64,000 nucleotides of DNA from Capsulimonadales bacterium (GTDB taxonomy: Bacteria; Armatimonadota; Armatimonadia; Armatimonadales; Armatimonadaceae). This document shows, piece by piece, positions 20,045-28,913 of this stretch (position 1 is the first letter of the stretch; every line of letters begins with the position of its first letter). The DNA lies in NCBI GenBank assembly GCA_033762295.1, contig JANRLW010000070.1, positions 13,371 through 77,370 of the forward strand, written 5' to 3'. The notes under the pieces are model-generated. The model had not been told where the DNA came from. It ran no database searches and worked only from the letters and a program-made list of their open reading frames with translations. Made by a program: the position numbers and the translations under genes.

Positions 20045-20923
20045 TTAGTCTTCGATAAACCAGCCAGCGGCGCTCGGATACTTCACCCGGCTGTAGACGA
20101 CACCGTTGGGATTGGGATTCGGCACCAGATTCTGATAGGACGCAAGCGACCCATCGGTGATGGAGGGGTTCGGGTCGCCGGTGTAGGACGGCGTCGAGGA
20201 TCGGACCCACTTGGCATGTCCATCGCCGAACGCGTAGTTGCCGCCGTCACTATGGCGGCTGCGCCCGGTGAAATACTCCGCGCTACAGATCACGGCATCC
20301 GGGATCTGGGCCAGAACGACGGGATCATCGATGCCATCGGTCCAGACACAGCGGCCACGCGCCTCCGTCAACAGGATTACCTGCGCCGGGTACTGTGGCT
20401 TGGCCAGGGTGGCGGAAGGAATCCGTCGTTCGGCGGCGACATTGAGCGCCATGGTCCCAATCAGGTATCGATTGACCGAATAGGAGAGCGAGGGGCGATA
20501 GGGGTTGCCTGCGGTCGAGTTGCCCGCGGTCCGCCCGGACTTATCGAAGGCGGGGCAGACAAAGATGCTTTTGCCGCCAGCCTGGGCGACGCTCGATGCC
20601 ATCCCCGCCTTGATATAGGGATCGACGGTATAGAGCCAGGTAACGTTGCCGATGCCGGGCGTCGCGCCCTCCGGCGTCGAGTTGGCCAGGGGATAGGTCT
20701 CATCGTAATCCTGTGCATACATCAGAAAACCGAGACCAAGCTGCTTCAGGTTTGAGAGGCAGGTCGTCTGTCGTGCTTTGTCCCTTGCCTGGGCGAACAC
20801 TGGGAAAAGAATCGCTGCCAGTATGGCGATTATGGCGATAACAACGAGCAGCTCGATCAGCGTAAACCCCGCTCCGGGGTGGAAACCGGATATGATCTTC
20901 CGATACGTGGGAGATGGTTTCAT
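20045..20923 (-). CDS. Prepilin-type N-terminal cleavage/methylation DUF1559 protein (H-X9-DG motif)
   Basis: [43 protein letters not shown]...[17 protein letters not shown]. Confidence 0.9.
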   Translation of the reverse strand: MKPSPTYRKIISGFHPGAGFTLIELLVVIAIIAILAAILFPVFAQARDKARQTTCLSNLKQLGLGFLMYAQDYDETYPLANSTPEGATPGIGNVTWLYTVDPYIKAGMASSVAQAGGKSIFVCPAFDKSGRTAGNSTAGNPYRPSLSYSVNRYLIGTMALNVAAERRIPSATLAKPQYPAQVILLTEARGRCVWTDGIDDPVVLAQIPDAVICSAEYFTGRSRHSDGGNYAFGDGHAKWVRSSTPSYTGDPNPSITDGSLASYQNLVPNPNPNGVVYSRVKYPSAAGWFIED

Positions 20924-20977
20924 AAAAACTCCTTCAACAACCGTTCCAAAAAAAGTAAAAGGGTAGTCTCCGTTTCC

Positions 20978-22054
20978 CTAACGTTCCTGGACAAGGGGCA
21001 GAAGTGGGAATACCAGTTCCGCGAACCGGTACGCCTCTTCAAGGTGGGGATAGCCTGACAGAATAAAACTGTCGATGCCGAGGTCCGCGTACTCGCGCAT
21101 CCGTTCGGCGACGGTCGCCGGATCGCCGACCAGGGCGGTGCCAACGCCGGGGCGCACCAGACCCAGACCGGCCCACAAGTTGGGACTGACCTCAAGGTGC
21201 GGGCCGCGTTTGCCTCCGTGCAGAGCCTGCATTCGACGTTGCCCTTCCGAGTTATCCCGTGAAAGCCAGTCCTGTGCGCGGGCGATCGTCTGATCGTCGA
21301 GACGCGAGATCAGTCGATCCGCCGCTTCCCAGGCCTCGTCACAGGTCTCACGCACAATGACATGCAGGCGGATACCAAAACGCACCGTTCGCCCGAACTC
21401 CGCCGCCTTCTCACGAACGCGATCTAATTTCTCTTTGACCTGCGCGGGCGGTTCCCCCCAGGTGAGATAGACATCGCTATGCCTGGCTCCGACCCGGATG
21501 CCCTCATCGGAGGAGCCGCCGAACCAGAGCGGCGGATAGGGCTTTTGTACGGTCGGGAACGGGTTACTCCCCCCCTCGATCCGGAAGAAGTCCCCCGCGA
21601 AGTCCGCTTTGCCCTCCTCCAAAAGAGAACGCCAGACGGTCAGGAACTCATCGGTCACCTGATAGCGGCGATTGTCCTCGACAAAGATCCCTTCCGCCGC
21701 CATCCGGTCCTGCGCTCCGCTCCCCGTCACGATATTGATCAGCAGACGTCCTCCGGTCATCCGGTCAAACGTCGCCGCCATACGCGCCGCCAGAGCGGGC
21801 TGCATGATCGCCGGGCGGATCGCCACCAAAAAGCGTAACCGCTGGGTCAATGCCGAGAGCCCGGATGCCAGAACCCACCCCTCCGGGCAGCCGACACCGG
21901 TCGGGAGCAATGCGCCATAGTAGCCAAGGGAATCCAGAGCCGTCGCCAGCGTCTTGAGGTAACCAAAGTCGGTCTGCCGACGCAGGACAGGTGAGCCAAG
22001 ATAATGCTCATCGCCCGGAGTCGGAAAAAACCAGAGAACGCGAATTCCACTCAT
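20978..22054 (-). CDS. ssuD: FMNH2-dependent alkanesulfonate monooxygenase (luciferase-like)
   Basis: LLPTG, RFLVAIRP, RLLINIVTG, FGGSS, YLTWGEPP, LEVSPNLWAG, FILSGYPHLEEAYRFAELVFP. Confidence 0.88.
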   Translation of the reverse strand: MSGIRVLWFFPTPGDEHYLGSPVLRRQTDFGYLKTLATALDSLGYYGALLPTGVGCPEGWVLASGLSALTQRLRFLVAIRPAIMQPALAARMAATFDRMTGGRLLINIVTGSGAQDRMAAEGIFVEDNRRYQVTDEFLTVWRSLLEEGKADFAGDFFRIEGGSNPFPTVQKPYPPLWFGGSSDEGIRVGARHSDVYLTWGEPPAQVKEKLDRVREKAAEFGRTVRFGIRLHVIVRETCDEAWEAADRLISRLDDQTIARAQDWLSRDNSEGQRRMQALHGGKRGPHLEVSPNLWAGLGLVRPGVGTALVGDPATVAERMREYADLGIDSFILSGYPHLEEAYRFAELVFPLLPLVQER

Positions 22055-22085
22055 ACTTATATTCTTATACTTCTTACGGCGTCGT

Positions 22086-22182
22086 CCAAAACGACGAAAG
22101 GCTGGAAACCCGGCCAGAAACCGCCCGATTCCTCCGGCAGTCTCCAGCAGAAAGGTTTCCAGCCTCCTGTTGACAGGTCAGC
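22086..22182 (-). ncRNA. Conserved structured 5' leader/attenuator, copy A
   Basis: GCTGA-CCTG-TCAA-CAGG-AGGCTGGAAACC...GGTTTCCAGCCT-TTCGTCGTTTTGG. Confidence 0.7.
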
Positions 22183-22202
22183 TACTTTCTCAAATTTATC
22201 GC

Positions 22203-22222
22203 ATACCGATTAAATCGGTCGA
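22203..22222 (-). promoter_or_regulatory. Putative operator (near-palindrome)
   Basis: TCGACCGATTTAATCGGTAT; 16/20 identical to 26919-26938. Confidence 0.55.
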
Positions 22223-22250
22223 ATTTTACAACAATATCTCATTCATCCAG

Positions 22251-22279
22251 AGTATAGCCTGGCATTTCAGGTATGTCAA
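22251..22279 (-). promoter_or_regulatory. sigma70 promoter of the ssuD-DUF1559-ssuACB-DUF2292 operon
   Basis: TTGACA-17 bp-TATACT. Confidence 0.8.
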
Positions 22280-22315
22280 GTTAAAGTAGCTCTTTTCTTG
22301 TTTTGCCTTACGCCC

Positions 22316-22344
22316 TTGACAACGGGGTTCTATCGGGGCATAAT
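22316..22344 (+). promoter_or_regulatory. sigma70 promoter of the ssuD2-ssuA2-tauD-AKR operon
   Basis: TTGACA-17 bp-CATAAT. Confidence 0.75.
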
Positions 22345-22438
22345 GCCCGAACAAGCAAAGTTGATTTTAGCAATCAACTAACCGGCAATTTAATAGCGTA
22401 TTCCGTTTTTACGCTATGCCGGCGGTCCGTTACGACCG

Positions 22439-22512
22439 GCTGACCCGTTAACGGGAGGCCAGAGCTTTATGAACGACATTTCGTTCGTAAAGCTCTGGCC
22501 TCGTTTTTTTGG
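22439..22512 (+). ncRNA. Conserved structured 5' leader/attenuator, copy B
   Basis: GCTGA-CCCG-TTAA-CGGG-AGGCCAGAGCTTTATGAACGA-CATT-TCGTTCGTAAAGCTCTGGCCT-CGTTTTTTTGG. Confidence 0.7.
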
Positions 22513-22538
22513 CGTGTCGCTTCGACAGGAGAAAGACC

Positions 22539-23744
22539 ATGAACGGACTCGATGTTTTCTGGTATTTACCGACACAGGGTGATGAACGATATCTCGGCAC
22601 CTCACACGGACTGCGAAAGCCGACGCCCGCCTATCTGCAACAGATCACGCAGGCGGTCGATTCCCTAGGCTACGGGGGCATGTTGCTCGGCACGGGCACC
22701 AAACTCGACCCGTTGATCGTGGCCACTTCCCTGATCCATGTCACAAAACGCCTCAAGTTTCTGGTCGCGGCCCGCCCCTCCATCATGACGCCTGCACTCT
22801 GGGCACGTATGGCGGCCAGTTTCGATCAGTTGTCGCAGGGACGGATTCTGCTCAATATCGTCACCGGCGGCAGCACCGAACAGTTGGAGAGCGATGGGAT
22901 CTTCGCCGATCATGAGGAGCGCTATGAGATCACCGATGAGTTCCTGCATATCTGGCGCTCCCTGATGCTCGGGGAAACGGTGAATTTCGAGGGCAAACAT
23001 CTCCGCATCAAAAACGGCCAGCAGCAGCTACAGCCGATCCAGAAGCCCTATCCTCCGCTCTACTTCGGCGGTTCCTCCCCTGCGGCGCTCGATGTCGCCG
23101 CCCGCCATATCGATGTCTACCTCTCCTGGGGCGAACCGCCGGCGATGGTCCGGGAAAAGATCGAGGAGGTGCGCCGCCGTGCCGCTACCCATGGACGCAC
23201 TCTTCGCTTTGGTATCCGTCTCCATATCATCGCCCGTGAGACCGATGCCGAAGCCTGGGCCGTCGCCGAGAAACTGATCCAGCATGTCAGCGATGAGTCG
23301 ATCCAGCGAACGCTTAAATCCTATGAGCGTTCTGAGTCCGAGGGACAGAAACGGATGGCGTCGCTTCACAACGGTCGGCGCGACAGTCTGGAAATCTACC
23401 CCAACCTCTGGGCGGGTGTCGGCCTTGCCCGTGGCGGCGCGGGAACCGCTCTGGTCGGATCGGGCCAATCCATTGCCCGTCTGATGGGCGAGTATCAGGA
23501 GCTTGGCATCGACACCTTTGTTCTTTCCGGCTACCCCTCGCTTGAGGAAGCCTATCACTGCGCCGAGTATGTTTTCCCCCATCTGAAACAGCCCGTTCCC
23601 GCGACCTCGCCCTTTAACTCAGGTACGGAAGGGCCACAGATGGCACGCTGGCGCACCGCCCACGATGTTTCCGAATCGGCAGTCCAGTCTCCGCTAACGA
23701 AGGTCGCCGCACGAAATGAACCGGCGCTTTCAGGAAGGAACTGA
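22539..23744 (+). CDS. ssuD: Alkanesulfonate monooxygenase paralog
   Basis: VFWYLPTQGD.RYLG, KFLVAARP, YLSWGEPP, LEIYPNLWAGVGLARGGAGTALVG. Confidence 0.88.
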   Translation: MNGLDVFWYLPTQGDERYLGTSHGLRKPTPAYLQQITQAVDSLGYGGMLLGTGTKLDPLIVATSLIHVTKRLKFLVAARPSIMTPALWARMAASFDQLSQGRILLNIVTGGSTEQLESDGIFADHEERYEITDEFLHIWRSLMLGETVNFEGKHLRIKNGQQQLQPIQKPYPPLYFGGSSPAALDVAARHIDVYLSWGEPPAMVREKIEEVRRRAATHGRTLRFGIRLHIIARETDAEAWAVAEKLIQHVSDESIQRTLKSYERSESEGQKRMASLHNGRRDSLEIYPNLWAGVGLARGGAGTALVGSGQSIARLMGEYQELGIDTFVLSGYPSLEEAYHCAEYVFPHLKQPVPATSPFNSGTEGPQMARWRTAHDVSESAVQSPLTKVAARNEPALSGRN

Positions 23745-23746
23745 TC

Positions 23747-24814
23747 ATGCGAGGTACACCCCTTCCTCTCCTGTCGCTCACGCTATGGATACTGACCATC
23801 ACCGGTTGTACGACAACGCCGACCGGGAGCGGCACAACAACAGCACAGGCTCCAGTGAAGCTACGGATCGGTTATGGCAAAGGCGGCAACTTCAATATCA
23901 TGCGCCTGCGCGGCACACTGGAGAAGCGGCTTGCCGGACAGAATGTGAAGGTCGAATGGATCAACTTCCCGATGGGGCCGCAGGCGATGGAGGCGATCGG
24001 TACACGTAGCCTGGAGATCGGCAGCACCGCCGCCACCCCTCCGCTCTTTGCGCAGGCGGCGGGAATCGACTTCGTCTATGCCGCCAACACTCCTCCTGGC
24101 AAATCCGGCAGTGGCGGCGCAATCATCGTCCCGATCGATTCGCCGCTTCGCTCCCTTCGTGATCTCAAAGGGAAACGAGTCGCTTTTCAGCCCGGCGCGG
24201 TCTGGCAGTACCTGCTGATCAAGGCGCTGGAACGTGAGGGAATGCAGTATTCCGATATCATTGCGGTCAAGATGCCGCCCGCCGATGCCACCGCCGCCTT
24301 TCATAGCGGTTCCATCGACGCCTGGGTTCAGGGTGAGCCCTACCTCACGCTGGTGCAGCAGAAGGGTGAGGGGCGCATTCTGGTCAGTACAAAGGACATC
24401 CCGACCTCCGGTGGCTTTATTCTCACACCACGCACCTTCGCCGCCGAACACCCGGAACTGATCCAGGTGACGCTCGATGAACTGCGAAAGACAGGCGATT
24501 GGGCGCGGCAGCACCCGCATGAGGCAGCCACCATGACCGCGCAGTCCGGCGGGTTAGACGTGCCCACCCTCGAACAGATGATCCGCCAGCAGGAGAACAC
24601 CGAACTGCGCCCGGTCGATGCCAGCGTCATTGCGCTTCAACAGGAGCAGGCCGACTATCTGACCCGTCTCAAGATCCTACCCCGGAAGATTGCGGTGCAG
24701 GATGCCGTGCTCTCCGCAGACCAGTACGCCCGTATTCTGCCGCCTCCCGCATCCCATCAGGAGGCGCGTGCGATACAGACCACTTCCACGATTCATCAGA
24801 CCCGCGAAAGGTAG
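23747..24814 (+). CDS. ssuA: Sulfonate ABC substrate-binding lipoprotein paralog
   Basis: ITGC lipobox, LRIGY, WINFPMGP, FAQAAG, DLKGKRVA. Confidence 0.82.
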   Translation: MRGTPLPLLSLTLWILTITGCTTTPTGSGTTTAQAPVKLRIGYGKGGNFNIMRLRGTLEKRLAGQNVKVEWINFPMGPQAMEAIGTRSLEIGSTAATPPLFAQAAGIDFVYAANTPPGKSGSGGAIIVPIDSPLRSLRDLKGKRVAFQPGAVWQYLLIKALEREGMQYSDIIAVKMPPADATAAFHSGSIDAWVQGEPYLTLVQQKGEGRILVSTKDIPTSGGFILTPRTFAAEHPELIQVTLDELRKTGDWARQHPHEAATMTAQSGGLDVPTLEQMIRQQENTELRPVDASVIALQQEQADYLTRLKILPRKIAVQDAVLSADQYARILPPPASHQEARAIQTTSTIHQTRER

Positions 24815-24821
24815 ATTTTCC

Positions 24822-25772
24822 ATGTCCACGCAAACTTTAGACGTGCCCGTCGCTTCACGGAACGCCGCTCATCTGACAATCTCTCCGGTGACGCCGGTCA
24901 TTGGCGCGGAGGTGTCCGGCATCGACCTGCGCCAACCGCTCGATGACTTCACCATCGACCAGCTTAAAAATGCCCTGCATCAATGGAAGGTCCTGTTTTT
25001 CCGCGATCAGCCGATCAGCGATCAGGACCAGTTGCGCTTCGGTCGCTACTTCGGCCCGCTGACACCGGCGCACCCGATCGCCGAGGGACTGCCAGAGCAT
25101 CCGGAGATCTGGGAGCGGTCGGCATCGGAGTACAAGCGCCATCGCCCTGATGTCTCCGTCGTGACGGCGCGTCCGCCCCGTGACTACAAGGGCTGGCATA
25201 TCGATATCACCTTTGTCGCAAACCCCAACAAGTACTCGATTCTACGTGGCGTCGAGATCCCGGCCTATGGCGGCGATACGCTCTGGAGCAATCTGGTTGC
25301 CGCCTATGAGGGACTATCCCCGAAGATCAAGGAATTGATCGACGACCTGCAAGCGGTGCACGGCACAAGCAGTTATGATCGCGGAAGCGGCGACAAACCG
25401 CGCAAGGGACCGTTCGTCTCCCTGCACCCACTGGTTCGCGTGCATCCGGAGACGCGGGAGAAAGCGCTCTTCTTCAATCCGGGAACGACAACCCATATCA
25501 TCGGACTGCGCGAGCGTGAGAGCCAGGCGATCCTCGACCTGCTTGCGGAGGAGGTGACGCGCCCGGAATATCAGGTTCGGTTCCACTGGTCCCCGAATGC
25601 AATCGCCTTCTGGGATAACCAGGTGACCGCCCATGCCGGTCCGATCGACTATGCCCACTTCACCGCGACGCGCACCGTGCGACGTATCACGGTGGCGGGT
25701 GACCTGCCGGAAGGACCGGACGGTTTCCGTTCCCGGCCGATTGAGGGCGAGCTTTTCGGAATTATCGGGTAA
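24822..25772 (+). CDS. TauD/TfdA family 2OG-dependent dioxygenase (taurine or alkylsulfate)
   Basis: IGAEVSGIDL, WHIDITF, GGDTLW, HPLVRVHPET, FWDNQVTAH. Confidence 0.9.
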   Translation: MSTQTLDVPVASRNAAHLTISPVTPVIGAEVSGIDLRQPLDDFTIDQLKNALHQWKVLFFRDQPISDQDQLRFGRYFGPLTPAHPIAEGLPEHPEIWERSASEYKRHRPDVSVVTARPPRDYKGWHIDITFVANPNKYSILRGVEIPAYGGDTLWSNLVAAYEGLSPKIKELIDDLQAVHGTSSYDRGSGDKPRKGPFVSLHPLVRVHPETREKALFFNPGTTTHIIGLRERESQAILDLLAEEVTRPEYQVRFHWSPNAIAFWDNQVTAHAGPIDYAHFTATRTVRRITVAGDLPEGPDGFRSRPIEGELFGIIG

Positions 25773-25830
25773 CACGGAAAGAGCGGTCCTATCGTTTCGG
25801 TGGGGCCATCTCGAAAGGAAATTTCACCGC

Positions 25831-26859
25831 ATGGCAGGAATCGTTCCGACTGTTCCACTGGGTAAATCCGGCCTAAAAGTCAGTAACCTTTGCCTTGGCT
25901 GTATGAATTTCGGGGAGTCTACGAGTGAGGAGGACTCGCTGGAAATACTGCGTCAGGCGCATGAAACCGGCGTCACCTTCTGGGATACCGCCAATGTCTA
26001 CAGCAATGGCGGCAGTGAGGCCATTCTCGGCAAAGCCTTTGAACAATTCGGCTTTCGGGATGAGATCATTCTTGCTACCAAGGTCAACGGTGCGATGGGT
26101 CCCGGTGCCAATGACCGCGGGCTTTCGCGTCGGCATATCTTAAAAGCCGTCGAGGACAGCCTGCGTCGTCTGAAGACCGACTATATCGACCTCTACCAGA
26201 TGCATCGCTATGACCCGACTGTGCCTCTGGATGAGACCCTGGAAACGCTCCATCTGCTTATCCAGCAGGGCAAGATCCGCTACTATGGCACCAGCACCTT
26301 TGCCTCATGGCAGATGGCGGATGCGCTCTGGCGGGCGCGGCTCAAGGGATGGAACGAGGCAGTGAGCGAGCAGGCCCCGTACAATATCCTCGACCGACGC
26401 ATCGAAAACGACCGGGCCGGGTTCCTGCGCCAGTACGGTTGGGGTCTGATTCCCTGGTCACCGCTCGCCGGGGGACAGCTTACCGGCAAGTACGGCCAGA
26501 TTCGCCCGGATAACCTGCCGGAGGGCTCCCGTATCCAGCGCAACGACCGCTGGCGCGAACGGACCAACTCCACCGCCGCTGAGGCATCCCTCGCCTTTAC
26601 CGCGCTCGCACAGGAGCATGGCTACGATCCCTCTGTCGCCGCCACTGCCTGGGTCCGTCAGCAGGACATCGTCACCGCGCCGATTGTCGGCCCGCGCACG
26701 CTGGAGCAGTTTACAGGCCTTCTGCCCGCCGCGAATCTGGTCCTGCCCGCAACCTTCCTGAGCGCCGTCGATGAGATCGTTCCACCGGGAACTGCCGTCG
26801 CCCACTTCCTGAACAACGCCGGATGGCAGATCGGTCGCCTCTCCGGCCTGGACAAATAG
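25831..26859 (+). CDS. Aldo/keto reductase
   Basis: LGKSGLKVSNLCLG, DTANVY, LATK, SLRRLKTDYIDLYQMH, WSPLAGG. Confidence 0.9.
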   Translation: MAGIVPTVPLGKSGLKVSNLCLGCMNFGESTSEEDSLEILRQAHETGVTFWDTANVYSNGGSEAILGKAFEQFGFRDEIILATKVNGAMGPGANDRGLSRRHILKAVEDSLRRLKTDYIDLYQMHRYDPTVPLDETLETLHLLIQQGKIRYYGTSTFASWQMADALWRARLKGWNEAVSEQAPYNILDRRIENDRAGFLRQYGWGLIPWSPLAGGQLTGKYGQIRPDNLPEGSRIQRNDRWRERTNSTAAEASLAFTALAQEHGYDPSVAATAWVRQQDIVTAPIVGPRTLEQFTGLLPAANLVLPATFLSAVDEIVPPGTAVAHFLNNAGWQIGRLSGLDK

Positions 26860-26868
26860 CGTTGCGAC

Positions 26869-26897
26869 TTGACAGGGAATCGCTTTCGTGTTATAAC
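26869..26897 (+). promoter_or_regulatory. sigma70 promoter of the second DUF1559 gene
   Basis: TTGACA-17 bp-TATAAC with extended -10 TG. Confidence 0.8.
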
Positions 26898-26918
26898 GAA
26901 AACGCAATCACATATTCG

Positions 26919-26938
26919 TCGATCAATTAAATCAGTAT
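26919..26938 (+). promoter_or_regulatory. Putative operator, copy 2
   Basis: TCGATCAATTAAATCAGTAT. Confidence 0.55.
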
Positions 26939-26952
26939 TAATCAAAACCAGT

Positions 26953-27017
26953 GCTGACCCGTCATCGGGAGGCCGGTAGAATCGCAAACCGCGATCTACC
27001 GGCCTTTGTCTTTTTGG
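26953..27017 (+). ncRNA. Conserved structured 5' leader/attenuator, copy C
   Basis: GCTGA-CCCG-TCAT-CGGG-AGGCCGGTAGAATCGC-AAACC-GCGATCTACCGGCCT-TTGTCTTTTTGG. Confidence 0.7.
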
Positions 27018-27029
27018 AGGAAACCAAGT

Positions 27030-27896
27030 ATGTCTTTACCATCCTCTCGCTCACTGAGAGCGAGCGCCTTCACTCTCATCGAATTACTTGTTGTTATCGC
27101 CATAATAGCGATTCTGGCAGCGATTCTTTTCCCGGTCTTTGCTCAGGCACGGGAGAAAGCCCGACAGACGACCTGCCTTTCTAACGAGAAGCAGCTTGGC
27201 CTGGCCATCCTTGGCTATGTTCAGGACTTCGATGAAACCTACCCGGTGGCGAATTACCCGGCACCTCCGAGTATCGAAGCCGGTCTCGATGCCAATTCGC
27301 GGCTACACTGGTATAGCCTGGTCGAGCCCTATATCAAAGGTGGCTACACCCGCACTTCCGCAAGCGCCGTCGGCACAACCGCCGGGAAGAAACTCAGCAT
27401 CTATGTCTGCCCGACCTATGATAAGAAGGCCCGCGCCTTCAATCTCAATCCCTCATGGAGCTATGTGATCAACTCGAATCTCGCGCCGCCTCGCGCCCAG
27501 AACCCGGCCACCCCGGATATCCCCCCGGCCTGGGCAAACCAGGCTCCGGGCACACTGGCCTCTGTCCAGGCCCCGGCGAACGTTGTTCTGGTTGCAGAAG
27601 GCTCTGGAGGACGCGTCTACACCCCCGGCAACGACACCGGCAACTATGAGTTTTACCCCGCCTACGGCACCGGGAAAGATACCAGTCTGACCTATATCTA
27701 TGCACGTACGCGCCATGGCGGCGGATCGAATGTCCTGCTGACCGACGGGCACGCCAAATGGTTCCGCTTTCCCGAACCGAGCTTCACCTCACCGGACAGT
27801 AACTACCTGAACGATGTGCCGGTGCAGAGCAATAACACCGTCGCCTATCAGAAGAGCCTCTCGCCCAACGCTCAGGCCTGGTTCCGCGAGGACTGA
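27030..27896 (+). CDS. Prepilin-type DUF1559 protein (H-X9-DG motif)
   Basis: [34 protein letters not shown]...[17 protein letters not shown]. Confidence 0.9.
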   Translation: MSLPSSRSLRASAFTLIELLVVIAIIAILAAILFPVFAQAREKARQTTCLSNEKQLGLAILGYVQDFDETYPVANYPAPPSIEAGLDANSRLHWYSLVEPYIKGGYTRTSASAVGTTAGKKLSIYVCPTYDKKARAFNLNPSWSYVINSNLAPPRAQNPATPDIPPAWANQAPGTLASVQAPANVVLVAEGSGGRVYTPGNDTGNYEFYPAYGTGKDTSLTYIYARTRHGGGSNVLLTDGHAKWFRFPEPSFTSPDSNYLNDVPVQSNNTVAYQKSLSPNAQAWFRED

Positions 27897-27956
27897 TCCG
27901 AACCCGCGCTTTCGCAGGGCCCCTCCCTTTTTCCGTGAGCCCGTTCTCTTTCTCTT

Positions 27957-28286
27957 TCAGACGGGTGCAGACAGGGCAGGGGCCGTTTTCAGTCGACCGA
28001 GACATCGACCATTCTCATGCACGATCGGATGATCGGGTAAAAGGGGGTAAAAGCGTTCGATAAGTCGAGCGCGACGGTCCGTTTCCTCCGGAGAAAGTCC
28101 CAAACCTCCCCGTGCGGAAATCGGTCTTGTGCTGACGTTCCAAAACTCGACCAGATTTTGGGAGACGTAATACAATTCTTCGCCCTGCTCCCGCAGCGTG
28201 CGAAGGGCGGTACGCACCACCATATGAGCCGGGTCGCCACGATGCGCGATACGGATCAGGATATTACTGTCGAGTAGATACGGCAT
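27957..28286 (-). pseudogene. PIN-domain (VapC) toxin, C-terminally truncated
   Basis: MPYLLDSNILIR...QNLVEFWNVSTRP..RGGLGLS...LLPDHPIVHE then unrelated sequence; expected HDARLVA...TFN..DF half missing. Confidence 0.75.
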
Positions 28287-28528
28287 TAATCGTGATCGGA
28301 GTAGATGTCTTCGCGATTGTAGGTGACGGTGGGGTCGGACGGGATGTCTTCGGTCCCTTCCCCGATGGCGTCCATAGCGGCTTCGAAATCGTCCGGGAAG
28401 AAGGAGGCGGTTTCGGGCAGTTCCGGCAGAATCATCACCCGGAGACGCTGGGTCCCGATCGCCTTGAAACGATCCGATAGTTCCTGTCCCGTTCCCTCCA
28501 GTATTTCGGCGGTCTGCATCCCAGCCAT
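28286..28528 (-). CDS. Antitoxin upstream of the PIN toxin
   Basis: 80 aa, acidic C-terminus ending YNREDIY; TAATG overlap with the toxin. Confidence 0.7.
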   Translation of the reverse strand: MAGMQTAEILEGTGQELSDRFKAIGTQRLRVMILPELPETASFFPDDFEAAMDAIGEGTEDIPSDPTVTYNREDIYSDHD

Positions 28529-28560
28529 TGCTCCTGCTCCTTGTCATCTCTCGCTTACGA

Positions 28561-28590
28561 TCGTTTCCAGTCGTTTCCAGTCGTTTCCAG
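28561..28590. repeat. 10-bp tandem repeat x3 in the TA promoter region
   Basis: TCGTTTCCAG x3. Confidence 0.9.
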
Positions 28591-28630
28591 TATAGCGCAG
28601 AACGCAAAGGCAGGCGAAAAACGAAGCAGC

Positions 28631-28681
28631 CTGATGGAAAAATCATCCATCAGGCTGCCTGTTTTGGGTGCGGGTGATGGA
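28631..28681. repeat. att-like copy 2: tRNA-fMet 3' end plus terminator
   Basis: TTGGGTGCGGGTGATGGA versus tRNA TTGGGTGCGGGGGACGGA (16/18); hairpin GCAGCCTGATGGA...TCCATCAGGCTGC. Confidence 0.85.
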
Positions 28682-28846
28682 GTTATCGCAAAGAATAGGC
28701 CCGCCACCCCTTCTCTGTACGCCCCGATCATCGTGGAGACGGACAAATTGAAGCCGTCCCGCGAGCAACGCCGCGCCCTGTATACGACGTGGCCCCGCGA
28801 GGGAACGGCAGGACAAAGACCGCGCACGGTGGCCGCTGACAGGTGA
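28664..28846 (+). pseudogene. Orphan C-terminal coding tail starting in the att core (copy 2)
   Basis: LGAGDGVIAKNRPATPSLYAPIIVETDKLKPSREQRRALYTTWPREGTAGQRPRTVAADR*. Confidence 0.6.
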
Positions 28847-28913
28847 ATCTGTCCCTGCCCGCTGTCAGGTGGCGGGGTGGAAACCCCACACCGCCGGTCG
28901 ATACCATCACTTG

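Larger units (their letters stand above)
16620..28630. mobile_element. Genomic island B (sulfur scavenging), no integrase seen
   Basis: Bounded by att-like direct repeats; pseudogenes at both ends; accessory cargo. Confidence 0.65.

Noticed and set aside
22086..22512. SAM-I riboswitch as the sulfur leader
   Set aside because: Lacks the ATCxAGAG...GCAACC...GTGC core
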